DNA of 55,758 bases, counting the filler, from Platydemus manokwari (Eukaryota), in the NCBI GenBank assembly GCA_037951405.1. It is 5 parts of 5 records of this genome, joined end to end, with 100 filler letters (N's around TTAATTAATTAA, not from the genome) between each part and the next. Parts side by side here need not be neighbours in the genome. Positions count along the whole stretch, not along the records: positions 10,467 to 24,927 come from JBBMOY011433645.1; positions 25,028 to 36,053 come from JBBMOY010963306.1; 3 more parts are not named here. One strand, written 5' to 3'. Below the pieces are notes generated by a model. That model searched no databases, had not been told where the DNA came from, and worked only from the letters and a program-made list of their open reading frames with translations. Numbering within the stretch: the stretch's first letter is position 1; each line of letters begins with the position of its first letter. Positions 14,491 to 28,968 of this stretch are shown one piece after another. The position numbers and the translations under genes are program-made.

Positions 14491-15269
14491 TAATTCTCAT
14501 TTTAATGTCTAGAAACTTCTATCTATTATCTATATACTTAAAGGAAAGTTATTTAAGATAATTCTTTATCTGAATTCAATTTCTATTTCCATTGTCAGTG
14601 TGTAAATATATTCATATTTCTATTAAACGCCTTCAATAATTATTATTTTAATTATTATAATCTTTTTATAATTAAATTCCATTATTTTTAGGACAAAATT
14701 CTCGAATTGTTACGAAAACATTTTGAAACATTTTTTCCTGATAAAATAACTGTAGCAATTCGAGATGAAATAACTGTAACATATTCAAAAATGGTTTATA
14801 AAATACTAATTCATGCACAGAAAAAAATTATTACAATCGTTGCTAAATATTCACTGATGTCTTTCGATACACTGTCCATCAATATTATTATTAAATTTTG
14901 GATTTTCTAATTTTTTTGGATACATTTCCAGTACCCCAACACAATAAATGAAGTGAAATTTCACAGATATTGATTTTGATCTGTTGTCAACGTCATTGAA
15001 TATTTCTGTTGTATACAGAGAGTTTAGATTGTAATCGATTCTAAGGCATTGATATGATATGTGAAATTAGATGCTTTGTAATGGATGCCTTTCTATTAGC
15101 TGAAATTCAAAAGGAGCATAATTTTGATCATTAAAGAGAAATCATTGTAGTCAATTTGGAGAAAATAAGGGAAATGTATTCAGCTTATCGAAAAATTTAA
15201 AAAGAATGTATAGAAGAAAAATCTCACAAAAATCAATGAATGACCTCTATTTGGATTGTTTCCATTAAT

Positions 15270-15490
15270 TCTATGGCAATTATTGCCCAATTATTCTCTT
15301 TGAAAATAAAAGCAACATTAAAGAACATGAAACAGGGTTTGATGAAAGGGGTCCTAAATAAAGGACAAAAATTACAATAATTAATATCGAAATGAAATGA
15401 AAAATTTCTAAATGTAGATATTGGCGTACTTTCGAAATAAAATAACAGAAATATTAAAAAAACGAGTAGAATAATTACCAATATAAGAAA
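15270..15490 (-). pseudogene. Possible NUMT: tRNA-like cloverleaf remnant followed by a nad6-like 5' end
   Basis: Minus strand is T-rich. ATATTGG...CCAATAT closes a ~67-nt tRNA-sized segment (~15418-15484), followed by FISILIIVIFVLYLGPLSSNPVSCSLMLLLFS, which resembles the ND6 N-terminus. Recognition by eye only. Confidence 0.4.
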
Positions 15491-18400
15491 CTATATTCAG
15501 TATTTTCTATTATTAGTAGTGTGAGATATCTTAAATGGATTAAATTTTTAATTCAAATTTAATTCTTATTTAATTCTAATTTTATATAAAATCATATTTA
15601 TATAAAATTAAATTTATTTGTTTAATTATTTGGATTTAAATAGATTTTTGGTGTCTTGACTTTTCAGTTCGTTTTTAATGTGTGGTTTTTAAAATAGCAG
15701 GGGCTAACAAGTAGTAAAGTAATAATGGCAATTAAAATATACAGGAAAAGACAAAAGAAGAAAATAATAATCAATTACATATAAACAATAATTGCAATCA
15801 CTTTCTTAAAGACAGGCAATAGTCAGATTGCTTATCCACAAACAGTTCATATTGAAGAAGCGATACATGTTATCATTTTAAGCGGTAAAATAAACATCAT
15901 CATGTTGCTATTGAAGATAATGAGTTAACAATTTGAATCAAAACTAACTGATCATGACACATGTTGAAATATTATAATTACCTTTTAATTGTTAATAAAA
16001 TGAGGAAAGTTGTCGGGAGTCTAATATCATGTGAAGATTTGCAGGAATGACTAAAATGAGATAAACTGGCCTGAATAGCGTTTATGTTCATAACCACAGA
16101 ATTTAAAATCAAGAGGAATCTGTAAGCGTTAATAAAGAGGAACGCCCTATCATTCCCAAACTATATTAATCTTGAGCCATTGTTTCACTTTAAAGCATTC
16201 ACAAGTTGATTTACAAGAACATTAAAAAACCTAAAAAAATATAATAAATTAGATTGGATTTAGTTATAAAAATACCTCATGACCCAATTGGAATTTTGAC
16301 TGAAAAATAAATCAAAATACTATTACGTAAATTATTTGAAACAAATATCTTTGGAATTCTATTGTCGATTACCAGGAATACCCATAACAAATTTATTGTG
16401 AAGAAATGTGACACAAAAGCCTGTTTTATTTTTGTTTAGCTGTGATATTGTGACTTGATAAGATAAAGATATTCAATTCAATGATGTATTTGATTTTGAA
16501 AGCGAACAACTATTTTGACGGGTATGACACAAATTAGATAATAATTTAATGAATGGGTGAGGTTATGTCAGTTATATTATTGAATTAAAGAGATAATTAA
16601 TGTGCCGAAATAAATAGAGAAGGTGGTTTTATTAAGCAAGCATTAATCGTGTATGGAAAGAATAGAAATAATTTTATTATGGAATTGTAAAATGTGGATA
16701 AATAAATGAAAGACGTTAGAAACATTCATCTAATATTTTCTCTACAAATAAATAAGATTGAATATGAATAAGAGTGGCTGCATATTTCCAGCGTTAATTG
16801 AAATTCCTCGGCGAAGATTCATTTATTATGAAAAAATCAAAATTATATTTAGATTACATTCAACCGATTAGTAGTTGTATTCAAGAAAAAGCATCTAACC
16901 TTATGACGAAAAAGCTTTGAAATAGAATTGAAAGAGCTGATTAAGCTTTCAATTAGTTATTCCAGATCCAAGATAAAAATAATTTTGAGAATAAAATTGA
17001 AGAGTTAATTAACAATGGATTGAACATTAGAATTCGACCCTTGTGATATTCAGGAAAAAATGATTTTTTAAAAGAAGCATTGGATTTCGGAAATTCAATG
17101 ATTTGATCAAAAACTTAGAAATTTCAGAAAAGAATAACGACTTTGCACCTAGGAACCCTTATTTTGGCACGTCAAGTATTACATACCTCGCAACCATACA
17201 TGCATCCTATTAATGTGGACTTAAATGGTATATTTTAATTCTAAAAATGGATATCACTACACAGTGACACACGCATAGGAATTGTCCACACAAGAAGATA
17301 GAAAATCAATAAATACAATTGAAACTTGAGAAAGAAAATATCAAATGTAAACGTGATACATAAAGTACACAAATCTCAAGCATAAATATTAATATTAGAT
17401 TCTTTACTTTTTGATTGGTGGAGTGTTTTTCATATTTATATATAAATATTTGCTGTGAGATTTCGTAAAAATTAAAATCTTTTTCATAAAATATCTAACA
17501 CATCTTTTATTTCGAATATTCTTTTAGATTGATTCATAATTCATTTTTAAAAATATTTTAAAATGAGACAGTTAAGTTCTCCTTCAATATCACTGGCTCT
17601 TTCAATACAAGCAAAAATTATTGTTTTGCTAGCGATATTTTTACATAATCACTAGTGCGTTACCAACGGTAATATCTGTATTCAACGGTAATTATAAGGC
17701 AACAGAAATAAATAAATATTGAAAAATGAGTCTAATAGAGATCATAAACACTTCAATGATAATTATTAATTTGATCCAATTGCTATTTGTAGTCAGTGTC
17801 GGTAGTTTTTTTCACCGACTATCAAGTCTTTATTTTTAAAATGTTCACAATTGATGTTGCAACAATTCCATTGAAGTATTTCCTCTACAAATTTAACAAC
17901 CGGGAGATTAAATGATATCCGAGAAAAAGAATTGCATGAACAGCGTTCTTAACCAAACTGTGCTCACTCCATGAAAATTATTAGCTCTTGTTTCTTGTCA
18001 TAATATCAACCGAATCTGATCAGATTTCCGATGTGAAATCATTTTCCAAATCATTGATTTTCACCAAATATTCGTTGTGATTTTCCGATGTATTTCATAT
18101 TAAGGCTTTAATCGATTGTCACAGTGGATCAGTTAACCGCTAATTATATAAATTTATATTTTAAATTTTTTTCTAATCTTTGAAAGCTCATTTTAGTATA
18201 TTTCGTAATGATTGTAAATAGCTTTTTTCGAGACCAGTTTTTTTTAACTTCATAATTCTCGAATGGTAAAATTTTTAATTGATCTTCACATTAATCAAAA
18301 CTGTGCTTATTTATGCTCTGTTTATAACAGAAATATTACAGAAAAACATGTCGATTGATGGACAAAGAAGAGTGTAACAATCAAGCACATTGTCAGTCAC

Positions 18401-21400
18401 TGAATTTAAATAATCTAACAACAATGTTTATTATAATAATCATTAGTTTGTTGGTACTGCTGAGTAGAGAGGAAATGTTTGAAAAGATAGACGATTTTGC
18501 ACATTATAACTCTTATTTAGCACTTTAAGTATTTGCATGTTGACACAACATTACAGGTAAAACAACCAACCAATCACAGTAGACTTAAATGGAAGATTAT
18601 AATTCGAAAAAGAGAACCACAAAATAGCACACGCATAGAGTTTGACCAATCCCGAGTACACAAAATCAATAAATCAAATAGGAACTTGAGAAATAAAAGA
18701 TCAAATTTAAACGTGATACAAATGTGATACAAAAATCACACACAAATCTCCATTCTAAATACCCAACTGCCAGTTGGAAGACAAGTTTTATGTTGATGTT
18801 TTAATTCGTGTTTGTACTGTGTGGTACGTTCCAGTGAAATTCAGATTGCAACATCCAATTCTTCTGAAGTCCAACAGCAGTGTAACACCAATTCAATATT
18901 GGATGTTCGAATAGGACATTTACTTGCAAGACAATGATATAAAACAGATACAATGATGTTAATATAATTATTATAACTATAATTATTGTAATATATATTC
19001 GCTAATTTTTCATGGGAAACGATTTTTGTCTTAATGTGTTGCTATGGAGATAATTTTATTATATCTTATTTTGATATTATTTTAGAATGTCAACTCGTTT
19101 GCATCTTTCAAGCAATATAAAGTGGATTTCATCAATAACGTTCACAATCAAAATCAGCTAATAAATGTCGATGATTTCCATACAGAAATTTCTGCTCAAT
19201 TTTAAAATAAATCTTGAAATGATAGTCAATCAAGAACTACCTTGGCTGAAATGTAAAGTAAATTCATAACTAACTGAAATGGAAAAACAAAATGAAGGTG
19301 TGATAATAATTCTTACACAACCAGCATTAATCAGGCACTATTCTTCTTCAGTACTCGATTATTTGCAGAAAGCGTCTGGATTTAATCTTGATCACAAGCA
19401 AAACACACATTGACAATAAATGCTCGAATGCTGTTGGGATGTGCTTGAAATGTCGTTTGATATGAACGTATTGATCTATTTTTGATTAATTTTTGAGACG
19501 AATATTTTATTTTCTCCAACTAAATGAAATCTGATAAATAAATATAAATGATATAATATTCATTTTTAACCATCAATAAAGATGAAAACCAGAAATTACT
19601 CAGATCGGTTCGAGAAAGTAACCAGTAAGTTATTTCGACCAAAATCCCGTTAAAGAGTCATTGAAGGAATTGAACTTATAGATAATTATTGACTCGATAT
19701 TTGTACATAATTTGAGTATTGTGGCTGTATTAAAAACTCTCATAAAATTCTTTTGATACAATTTTCCGATCATTGCTTTAAACGATAACAGTGACACATA
19801 CCTTCTCAAAAAGAAAACGCCGCAAACACAACATTGACATACAATTCCTCCAACCCGATTCTAAAATCCGCATTAAAATTATTAAACTCATACCAGGAAG
19901 ATACTAATATTATAGGTTTCAAAACCGATGTGAGGGATTTTTTCACCGTGTCGTGAAGAACATTTTTATGTGAAATAAATATTAGTTTTCTACTTTTCTT
20001 AGATTTTTATACTCTTTGAGGAACACTGTTGTTGAAAATTTTGCAAGTCGTAAATCCAAATGCTGAAAATTTTCCAATTTTGATATCATCTGATAGAATG
20101 GCTAAATATTAGATGTTCAATCCGATCATCATAACGAATCCTTTTAAATTTTTGTACTCTATTATATAAATATTTTATCTATATAACTATTTTATTCTTT
20201 CACCAATAATTTACTCTAATGTCAGGTATTTTAAAAACAAAACATTTAAATTTTAACAAAAAGACAAAGTTAACGTGAAGATGATTGCACATGAAGGTAA
20301 CTCTATCCAGACTAAAGATTTCAAAGCAGGATATTATGGATATCATATTATATTCTCTTATTACTGATTATTATTCATTTGCTATTATTCCATTCGAAAA
20401 CCCGTAATACTGTTGATATTTGTCCTACGTTTAAACAATGATTGAGAATTATATTATCGATATTGAGCAATCGTTGCAATCATTTTGATCCAGATAATCG
20501 ACATAATAATATTTATTGTTTAAAATTCGTACTAACGCTTGGTATACGATTTTTTGATTCTTTAAATTTAATTTTTTTTTAATTTAAATAGACTTATTTA
20601 AATACAAGCACGTTTAATAATATCATTGGTTATTTTTAGAAAATAATTGTAAAAATTTAAAGTATCTCTCAATGTTCCTCTAATGTTAAAAAGGGATCCT
20701 CGCTAATTTTTAATAAATTGCAATTCGATCTACTTTGATCTCTTTTAAAATAATCAAGTTTTCAGAGATTTTCTAGCTCTAGTGAATTTATTGTTTTATT
20801 TCAAGCAACTAAAATTCTAAGTGAGCAAATATGAGGTTCTAAATATTTTTAAAGAATATAATTAAATAAACTATATAGATTTTTGCAATACACTCAACTA
20901 ATTTAAAATTTTATTTAAAGACCCATTATCTTAACTTAGCCAACAATTTTAATTGTATTTAAAATTATAAAGCCAACGCATCATTGTTATTGGTAGGAAC
21001 ATAAAAATGTAAAAATATGTGGCATCGATTATTTTAATAATCCTTTGAAAATTCACTGTCAATCAAATTTTTCTAAAAATACGCAGAAACTCCATGTCAG
21101 ATTGACTTTAGTTATTCAGTTCAACAATTGAAGCAAATAAAATATAAAAACTGATTGTTTTTTCAACTTTATAAATAAGTTCGGACTTTATTAATAATGG
21201 GCTTTACTATGGTTTATTTTAAAATTTAAAATATGATTTTTGAAAGGAATTAAAATTCAACAATATATAAAAATTTCGAAAATAAATATATTAATAATTT
21301 TAAAAATATAATATTAAATATTTAGAGAAAAGATTTCACAGCTGGAGTTAAGAATTAATTACAAAACGAGTAGATTTGTTTAAATTGTGATTCACGAAAA

Positions 21401-22060
21401 AGGAAAAGGTGTAAAAATCCCATTAAAAAATTTAAATACCAGATTAGATGTTTTTTTTATCAATTCATTTCATTGATTTTATAACTTTTCTTGCTTGTAA
21501 AATGAAAATAAATTGCTAATTTAAATCAAATGATTTGAGCTCCATTTTATATTATTGATTTTTATAAATCGATAATTCATTCAACTCTAATTTTTGAAAA
21601 TCATAATTAAATCGACTAATTATACATTAAACTGTAATGAATGATCAAGATATAAAATAAACAAAACGAATAAATAAATGTTGATACAACATCGATAATC
21701 GAACTCTCAAGAACCGAATTGGATGTTGATTGTTATTGCAATTCATTTTTTACGAGCGATGTTAATAATGTTTTGACCGTCATTGATAATCTCATTCCGT
21801 GATGTTCAAGATTAGAAATTCAACGAACGGGCTCGATAAACAATGTTCATGGTTGCTTCGAGCACAAAATGCGACTAATGAATGATGTACTGAAGCCAAA
21901 CAACAATTTCAAGGAAAATAATTCTGCAAACTGCATCGACACGCCTTTTAACAGAGCCAATGGAGAAAATTTTTCTTTTTATCACTTTAAATTAAATCAT
22001 GGTTATAAAGTCATAGATAGACAATATTTTTACCATAATACTAATTTATATTATTTACTC

Positions 22061-22061
<1 letters not shown>

Positions 22062-22139
<78 letters not shown>
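22062..22139 (+). repeat. (ATT/TAT)n microsatellite
   Basis: Uninterrupted trinucleotide run; gives the poly-Y of ORF 21869-22141. Confidence 0.95.
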
Positions 22140-24927
22140 GAGAGATTTATTTTATAATTAATAAATATTTCATTGGATTAAAACAAAATTAGTGCAATAA
22201 TCATTTAAATATTGATTACACTTGAATAGACAGTGACATTTAAAGACTGTCGACAAGATTTTATTTATTTATAATATTGATGTAAAAAATATTTCCATAG
22301 CAATTATATCATTGTTTTAATGATAGTTGAACTCGTCTATGTATACAAGTTGTTTGAAGGAGAAGTACACAAATCAATGGGATTTCTCAAATCTAAACAA
22401 ATGACCAATGTAATGTCTTTGAAAAATATTTCTATTTTCGTTTAATTAACGCGTAGGTAGAGGATTTTGAAAATGGCTTACCAGCAAAGACCTATATGGT
22501 AGCAAAAGGACGTTTGGAAGTTCTAACAATCCATATAGGAGTCAGAAATTATTATTAAATTTTGCTTTTTCTAATAATAATAATAATTACGATTATATTT
22601 ATAACAATTATATTATTATTATTATTATTATTAAATCAAAATTCTCTTTTTTATTTTCATCACAGATAGTTATAATGGGAATATCAAAATTCTTATTTAA
22701 TATTTCAAGTAATTAATAAAATAAATCAATTAATTTAATTTAAATTATTTATAATAAATCTATAATCATCAGAATTATGACGATTTTAATTGTCATAACA
22801 TTTATATCTCTATCATGTATTTCTGCCATGTTATAGACGATTTCTACACGAATATCATTTGCTTGATATCCATTTATTTGACTTGAATATGTTTTTATAT
22901 GATTTCTTGCTCATGAATTGTTGTCAATAAAACATTCCCAGAAATATTTGCCTTTAATTATTTCAAATCAATTCTAATATAGCCTTTTGTTTTGAGCAGT
23001 TTTTCTTCCAATAGGACTACAAGAAGCTGACTAACAAAGCCGACATTTCCTCGATTCAAAACTTTCTAGAAGAAATTAATATTTTCAAATCTGTACCGAT
23101 CACAGAATCTGTAATAAAATCTCGATTAATTAGGATTCAATATTTTCGGTTAGTTGTCAGATTATGATAAATATAATGATAATATGATAATATAATGATA
23201 ATATAATCTAATTAATGTTTCCAGTAATGGAAAAGTCGTCTCAGAGAATTCAATGAAAGATCTTTATTTCTATGTGGTCAAGTCGGTAAGTTGATTTTGG
23301 AAGTTTCATAAAAACTGTTCACTCAATCAGGGAAAAGTAGCTGTTGCCAGAATTCAAGGAGTGAATGACGATATGTCTGATTTGCGCAGTACTTCCAATG
23401 CATATAATCTAGGCTGTAGGAGAACTGATAATCACGCCTCAGGTAGATAATGTTACAATTTGCCGTTCTATCATTGGCGGTGTAATTTCTAGTGATGATT
23501 AGGATTAACAGCCGTAAACTTGACATCAAATTAAAACCCGATATCGAGGAGGCTGAGACAAAATCTGAAATCTGTGATGAATCAAAGATTGTCGTAAATC
23601 CTTTCAATATAAAGGTTCTTTGAAAATTAAGTTGAGCATAAATACAAATATAGATATATTCATGAAGTCGCTAACATCAATGGGTTTGCAAACAATTCAA
23701 GAGGTGGAAATTGATGATACAGACGAAAAATTCATGAAAAGTCAAACCATGATAGAAATCTCAAAATCTCAACACCAATCATTCGACAAGCATAAAAGTC
23801 AGAACAGCTCTACCCACAAAGTAAAAGATAAAGAAAGAATAACTTGTGTAAAACTAGATTCGTTGAAATCCCAAGATGTGTTTGTGAGTTGAAAAATAAT
23901 TTCCCTTTATTCAGATTCATGAATTGCCTCGATCAGAAAGCTATAACAAATCGCGACACACAAATAATTACATTCAATTACAATCAATCAAATAAATTCC
24001 TATTTTATAAAAATCTGATTTCAAAGGTTTTTCAAATCTCAATTCATTATAAATCCTCAAAAATAAAAGTAAAAATGTCTTGCAATGTCATATTCTGAGA
24101 ATCCCGGTCAAGGACAAATATTAGCACAAATCGTAAGAGAAATATATAATTTACCAACCCCGAAATCAGAACGAAATCGGCATTCATGGATCTCTTTATG
24201 AGAATATAATTATTCTTCATTGATTTTCTTATAATTCAGGGCATCGACAGTCTGGAAGTACGTAATGAGTGAATTGTATATCATATCAAATAAATAGTGC
24301 TTCAATATTTTGAGAAATATTCTACTAATAAAAATATAAGCCACCAATCAAAAAGTTCCATCAAAATTCAAGTTTATCTTTTTTAGTTTTAATCTTCTAG
24401 ATCACAATAAAGTCATTTAACATTTTGTCCATTATTTTATTACAATACACTTATTATTCCTACTCTCTTCATTCAATAATCAATCCTGTAATCCTAACCA
24501 TTTTATATTATTCTCTACAACGTCCACATCACAGAACAAATCTTGTCAAGCATGATGTGCCACACATCTATTCAACATGAAGTGCTGATTATTGTGATGA
24601 CAAATTTAGTGTCGTTATTTTATCTACATTTATTTTATGATATTTTTTGATATTTTTGTTTAATTTAGAGATCAGAAACATCGCTGCATTCATATTTATT
24701 ATTGGTAAGGCTGAATTGGTTCAATTAATGATAAAAAATTTCCTTATAATTTAGTTATTATAAATGTTTATAGCTTTAATTACGGTCATTTTGTTTTGAC
24801 TTTTTATATATTTTTTATAATAATAGTAAAACACTGCTACCACTACTATTACTACTAATAATAATAATAATTTAATTTTTTATTCAATAATTATATTTAA
24901 TTTTATTTAATACTAATAATTATTATC

Positions 24928-25027
24928 NNNNNNNNNNNNNNNNNNNNNNNNNNNNNNNNNNNNNNNNNNNNTTAATTAATTAANNNNNNNNNNNNNNNNN
25001 NNNNNNNNNNNNNNNNNNNNNNNNNNN
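24928..25027. other. Assembly spacer (44N-TTAATTAATTAA-44N)
   Basis: Same fixed spacer. Confidence 0.95.
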
Positions 25028-26294
25028 CGAAATCAATTATTATGTCGTTTTGATAAGTTTTCGAACGTTTCTTATTTCGTTGTGTGTTGTATCGTGTGGC
25101 CCGTAGCTGGCCGTGTTCCCAAGCCTCTCTCATGATTACTGTGTTCATCTTCTTCCGTTGTTGTTTAGATTTATCTAATTCATTTTGTCACATATGTTAT
25201 TAATTTAGTAGATTTTATTCCCATGTCTTATAAAAACAGATCCGCCTGCTTAATTTAGGATGAACAAATTAAATGAAATAAACAACATTTTAAGCTTATA
25301 ACAAAGTATTGGAACTCTAATTTTTAATTACTCAACTATGGTCAGGTTCTGTTATCTTTAATATCGTAATCAATATAATACCTATTCTATCAGGAATTTT
25401 AAATTTGAGGTTATCTTCTGATATCTGGTTATTTGTCGTAATAGTAATTAATATTTATTTATTAATCATGTAATTTTAACAAACCAACAGAGCCAAGATA
25501 GCACATCAAGAAAATTAAGTCACAAATCATAATCAAAATTCATAATTCGAATCAAATCAATATTAGTCATTAATCACAAGATCATTATTTCTTCTCACTG
25601 TGATTCATTGATAGATTGTTGGATAAATGGCTTTGGCTCGTTGTAGTTCGAGATTGCTAAAATTTAGGTACAATTCATAAGAATCATATTAGCACGTATG
25701 GAAGATAACTGTGACGTGCCATATCTTATTGTAACCTATGATGGTTATCAAAATGTTTTGAAACAAAGAAGATGCTTTTCTCCTCTCAGTTGAGGGATAT
25801 CAGGGTTTGGGAATTTTGTGAAGTAGTTGGATGCTTTGGAGCTTGCCCACTGATCCCTGTTGGTGAACTTAGTTCTATTGTGCTCTTTTTTAATGGTAGT
25901 TAATTTATTTATGTACTACTTCTGCATCTAAATCAATGAATTCGTATTCAGATATGGTTTTATTTGGCATATTCTACTGGTTTTCAATTATTAGATGTAA
26001 TTATCTCTTACGGGTAGGTTCATCATTTATTTTATAGTCGAATAGACATTCTCCGATTCCGAAATCTCTGTTTCCCATCATTGGATACGTTAGAAAATAT
26101 AGAAATTTAATAATATTGGTGACTTGAAAGCCTATTCTAACTTTTTGACCGATTATCTCTGATTTTTTCGTATGATAGGGCCTGGTTTTATTGATTTACA
26201 ATTTTTTCTTCATCAAGTTTGTGTATGTCTTTTGTTTGAAGTAATTCCTCAGTGTTATGAATTAATTGGTTTATAGTTGTTCATTGGTATAAAG

Positions 26295-26399
26295 CAGGGG
26301 TGGCCAACTGGTCGATCTTGAAGCCAATTTTAGTCGATCGCGTGAGATGTTATTCAAATGAAAAGTCGATTTTACGTACATAAAAGTTGGCCACCTCTG
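26295..26399 (+). mobile_element. hAT-superfamily MITE, 105 bp, with 8-bp TSD
   Basis: TIRs CAGGGGTGGCCAAC and GTTGGCCACCTCTG. Flanks GTATAAAG (26287-26294) and GTATAGAG (26400-26407) match at 7 of 8 positions. Confidence 0.9.
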
Positions 26400-28968
26400 G
26401 TATAGAGGATGGTTGTTCTTGAATTTTTGTCCATAATAAAATCTAGTATGTCTACGAAATAAGCAACAATATAATGCATATTTAATCGAGGTTTTTCTTT
26501 AGAGATTGTAGGTTGTATAAAAAAGATTTTTGTGCCTCTAAGGTTGTAGGTGGGATTTTTTCAAGATTGGTTCTTTTTCCTTTTTAATCATTTCTAGCAC
26601 AATGGTCGTGGACTTATCTTGACACGAGAGCTTCATTTTTTCAATTCTTTCATCGAATTTTCCTAATTCTAATCAGGTGTGCATTAACATGTATATTGGT
26701 TCACCAACTTTGTTAACATAAATAATAATTGGTAGATTATTCGGCCTGAGAATCATCATATAATCGTGATGATGATTAATTGGAGTAGCTTTTATATGTG
26801 TGTGTATGTAAATAGGGCAGCTTGGATGCGCATACTCCATATTACACTAAATTTTAGTTTATTTGGCCTTTTTATGATTGGAGGAAGATTTATATTTAAT
26901 TTCTTTCCTTGCCTTGATTTTTCTCATTTGTAAATCTTCGTCTCTGACGATTTTCACTTGTATGAACCACTAAACAAGCTTATTTAATATATATTAAACA
27001 TATTTTGTACTTAATGAAATCAAGCATATTTTAGGTTAAGTCACAATAAACTAGAATGTTTACCTGAGACCATGGAAACAAGCCTCAAAAGATTGATGCA
27101 TGCAGATTTAATAAGCGTATGTGACAATAGCCAATCAATAATCGACCGGCGTATACCAACAAATGACACCAAACACTGACATGAGAGATGTAAAGAGAAA
27201 TTGCTAACATATCGATGTATGAATGAAGTTATCAAATGAAAAACAAATCCCTGGTACATCAGTTGGACACACAACAAGCCTATGGAAGGAGTTAGATTTC
27301 CTTTTACCAGTATTTTTTGGTCGTTAACCTTCATTCAGTTCTGTGACTTTTGTGTGATTTTTCTGACAGTCAGTCTTCGTGGTTATCATCTACTCTGTAT
27401 TTGACTTTCGGATGGTGATCCCGTCTTGAGTGATAATTTACTATTCTGTTGTATTACAATTTTAATTGTATCTACTGACGAATAGACGTAGTAGTTTAAA
27501 TTATAATGATCGGATTTCATTGTCAGTTAATATTTAACAATATACTGATTGATTTTTTGTGAGAAGACAATAAATTTTCACAATTAAATTGCTTCGGTAC
27601 ATTATACTCACAGAATGTGCCAGGAAATATTTTCTATTTTGATAACTTTTATTATTCCAAGATCCTCTTCATCTTTAGGATAAATAAAAATTGTTAAACG
27701 TCTCTTAGCCCATTGAGCATGGTCCAAACTAGAAGTACTTTTCATTGAAACACTTTTATCATTTATTAATTGATCAAGTCTGCGGTCGAACAAAAGCCAC
27801 AAACGAATTTCAGAATATTTCAATGTCTAGACGATCGACGTCATTATTCTGTTATTGATGCAAATCAGTACTGTTAAGGCACCATAAAAGTATGGTAACA
27901 TTTTTCATTTATATAATTTTATCATTATTATTATTGATTTTTCTAATTAATATAAATTCTCAAAATTTGGCGTTATCTAATTTCTAAAAAATTTCTATTT
28001 TTTTATTAAATATTGTTAAATTTACGTTTAATACAATTTTTTGATGTCAATTATGAATAAAATCACAGTCAATGTGTGATTTTACAAAAGGAACTACAAC
28101 ATAATTTTCTATCAAAAGCAATATTTTTAATTACTTGGACTTAAGATAATGGAATAATACCATGTAATGTGTATTTATTTTAACTAAATGATCGAACGGA
28201 ACGAAGATAATAATAGTAGGCAAATATTCATTTGAATTATCGTATCAAGAACCATGCCAATGCTTGTCCCTTTTTAGGTATTAAATGCAAATAAGCAGAA
28301 CTATATTAAAGATGTACACCTTGTATCGAATTATTAGTTGCTAATTAGTTAATTAATTTATTATTTAATAAATCTTTTTAATACTCAACACAATCAACTA
28401 AACTAATTTTAAGTAAAAATAATTATTTTCAGTGAAACAACAAACAGTTCATGCCCAGCTCTATTCTGATAACGAACAATTAAGGTATATACGGTCAAAG
28501 AATCATCTGGATATTTACTTTAGAGTTTACACAAAACAAATCCTATTAAATCACTTTCATTTGTGCTTCATTTTATCAATGTAGTGATGACATCATAATT
28601 AGAACGTTCTGGTTAATAATTATTGCCGTATACTTTTCTACTATTTGTGTTTTTAACAAAATTTGGAACTGGTATTATTGACAAAAACTTAATTGACATT
28701 TCAAAAATGATTGGATATCAATGATAAAATTTCATCGAGAACAAGAGATTAAAATTTCTAAAATCAAGTGAAATAATCCGTTTCTATAAAATGTCGACAA
28801 ACGAATTTTTGATATAAATAGAATAAATAAACAATCTACTGACATCAATGATTTGATCGAAATTTTTTAAGAGACGAAATGAAACCTAATCGAAATAATG
28901 ACGTTAATTAAAACCACACAATTGATAGATGTTAGTTAAACTTGAAAAGACATCGTTTATAATATACT

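Noticed and set aside
21869-22141. ORF with poly-Tyr tail
   Set aside because: Product of the (TAT)n microsatellite.
23200-24100. Gag/protease-like ORF fragments (23323-24098)
   Set aside because: Probably decayed retroelement, but no diagnostic motif could be read.
25400-27460. Retroelement- or LTR-like sequence around the hAT MITE
   Set aside because: No intact RT/integrase motifs and no paired LTR found.
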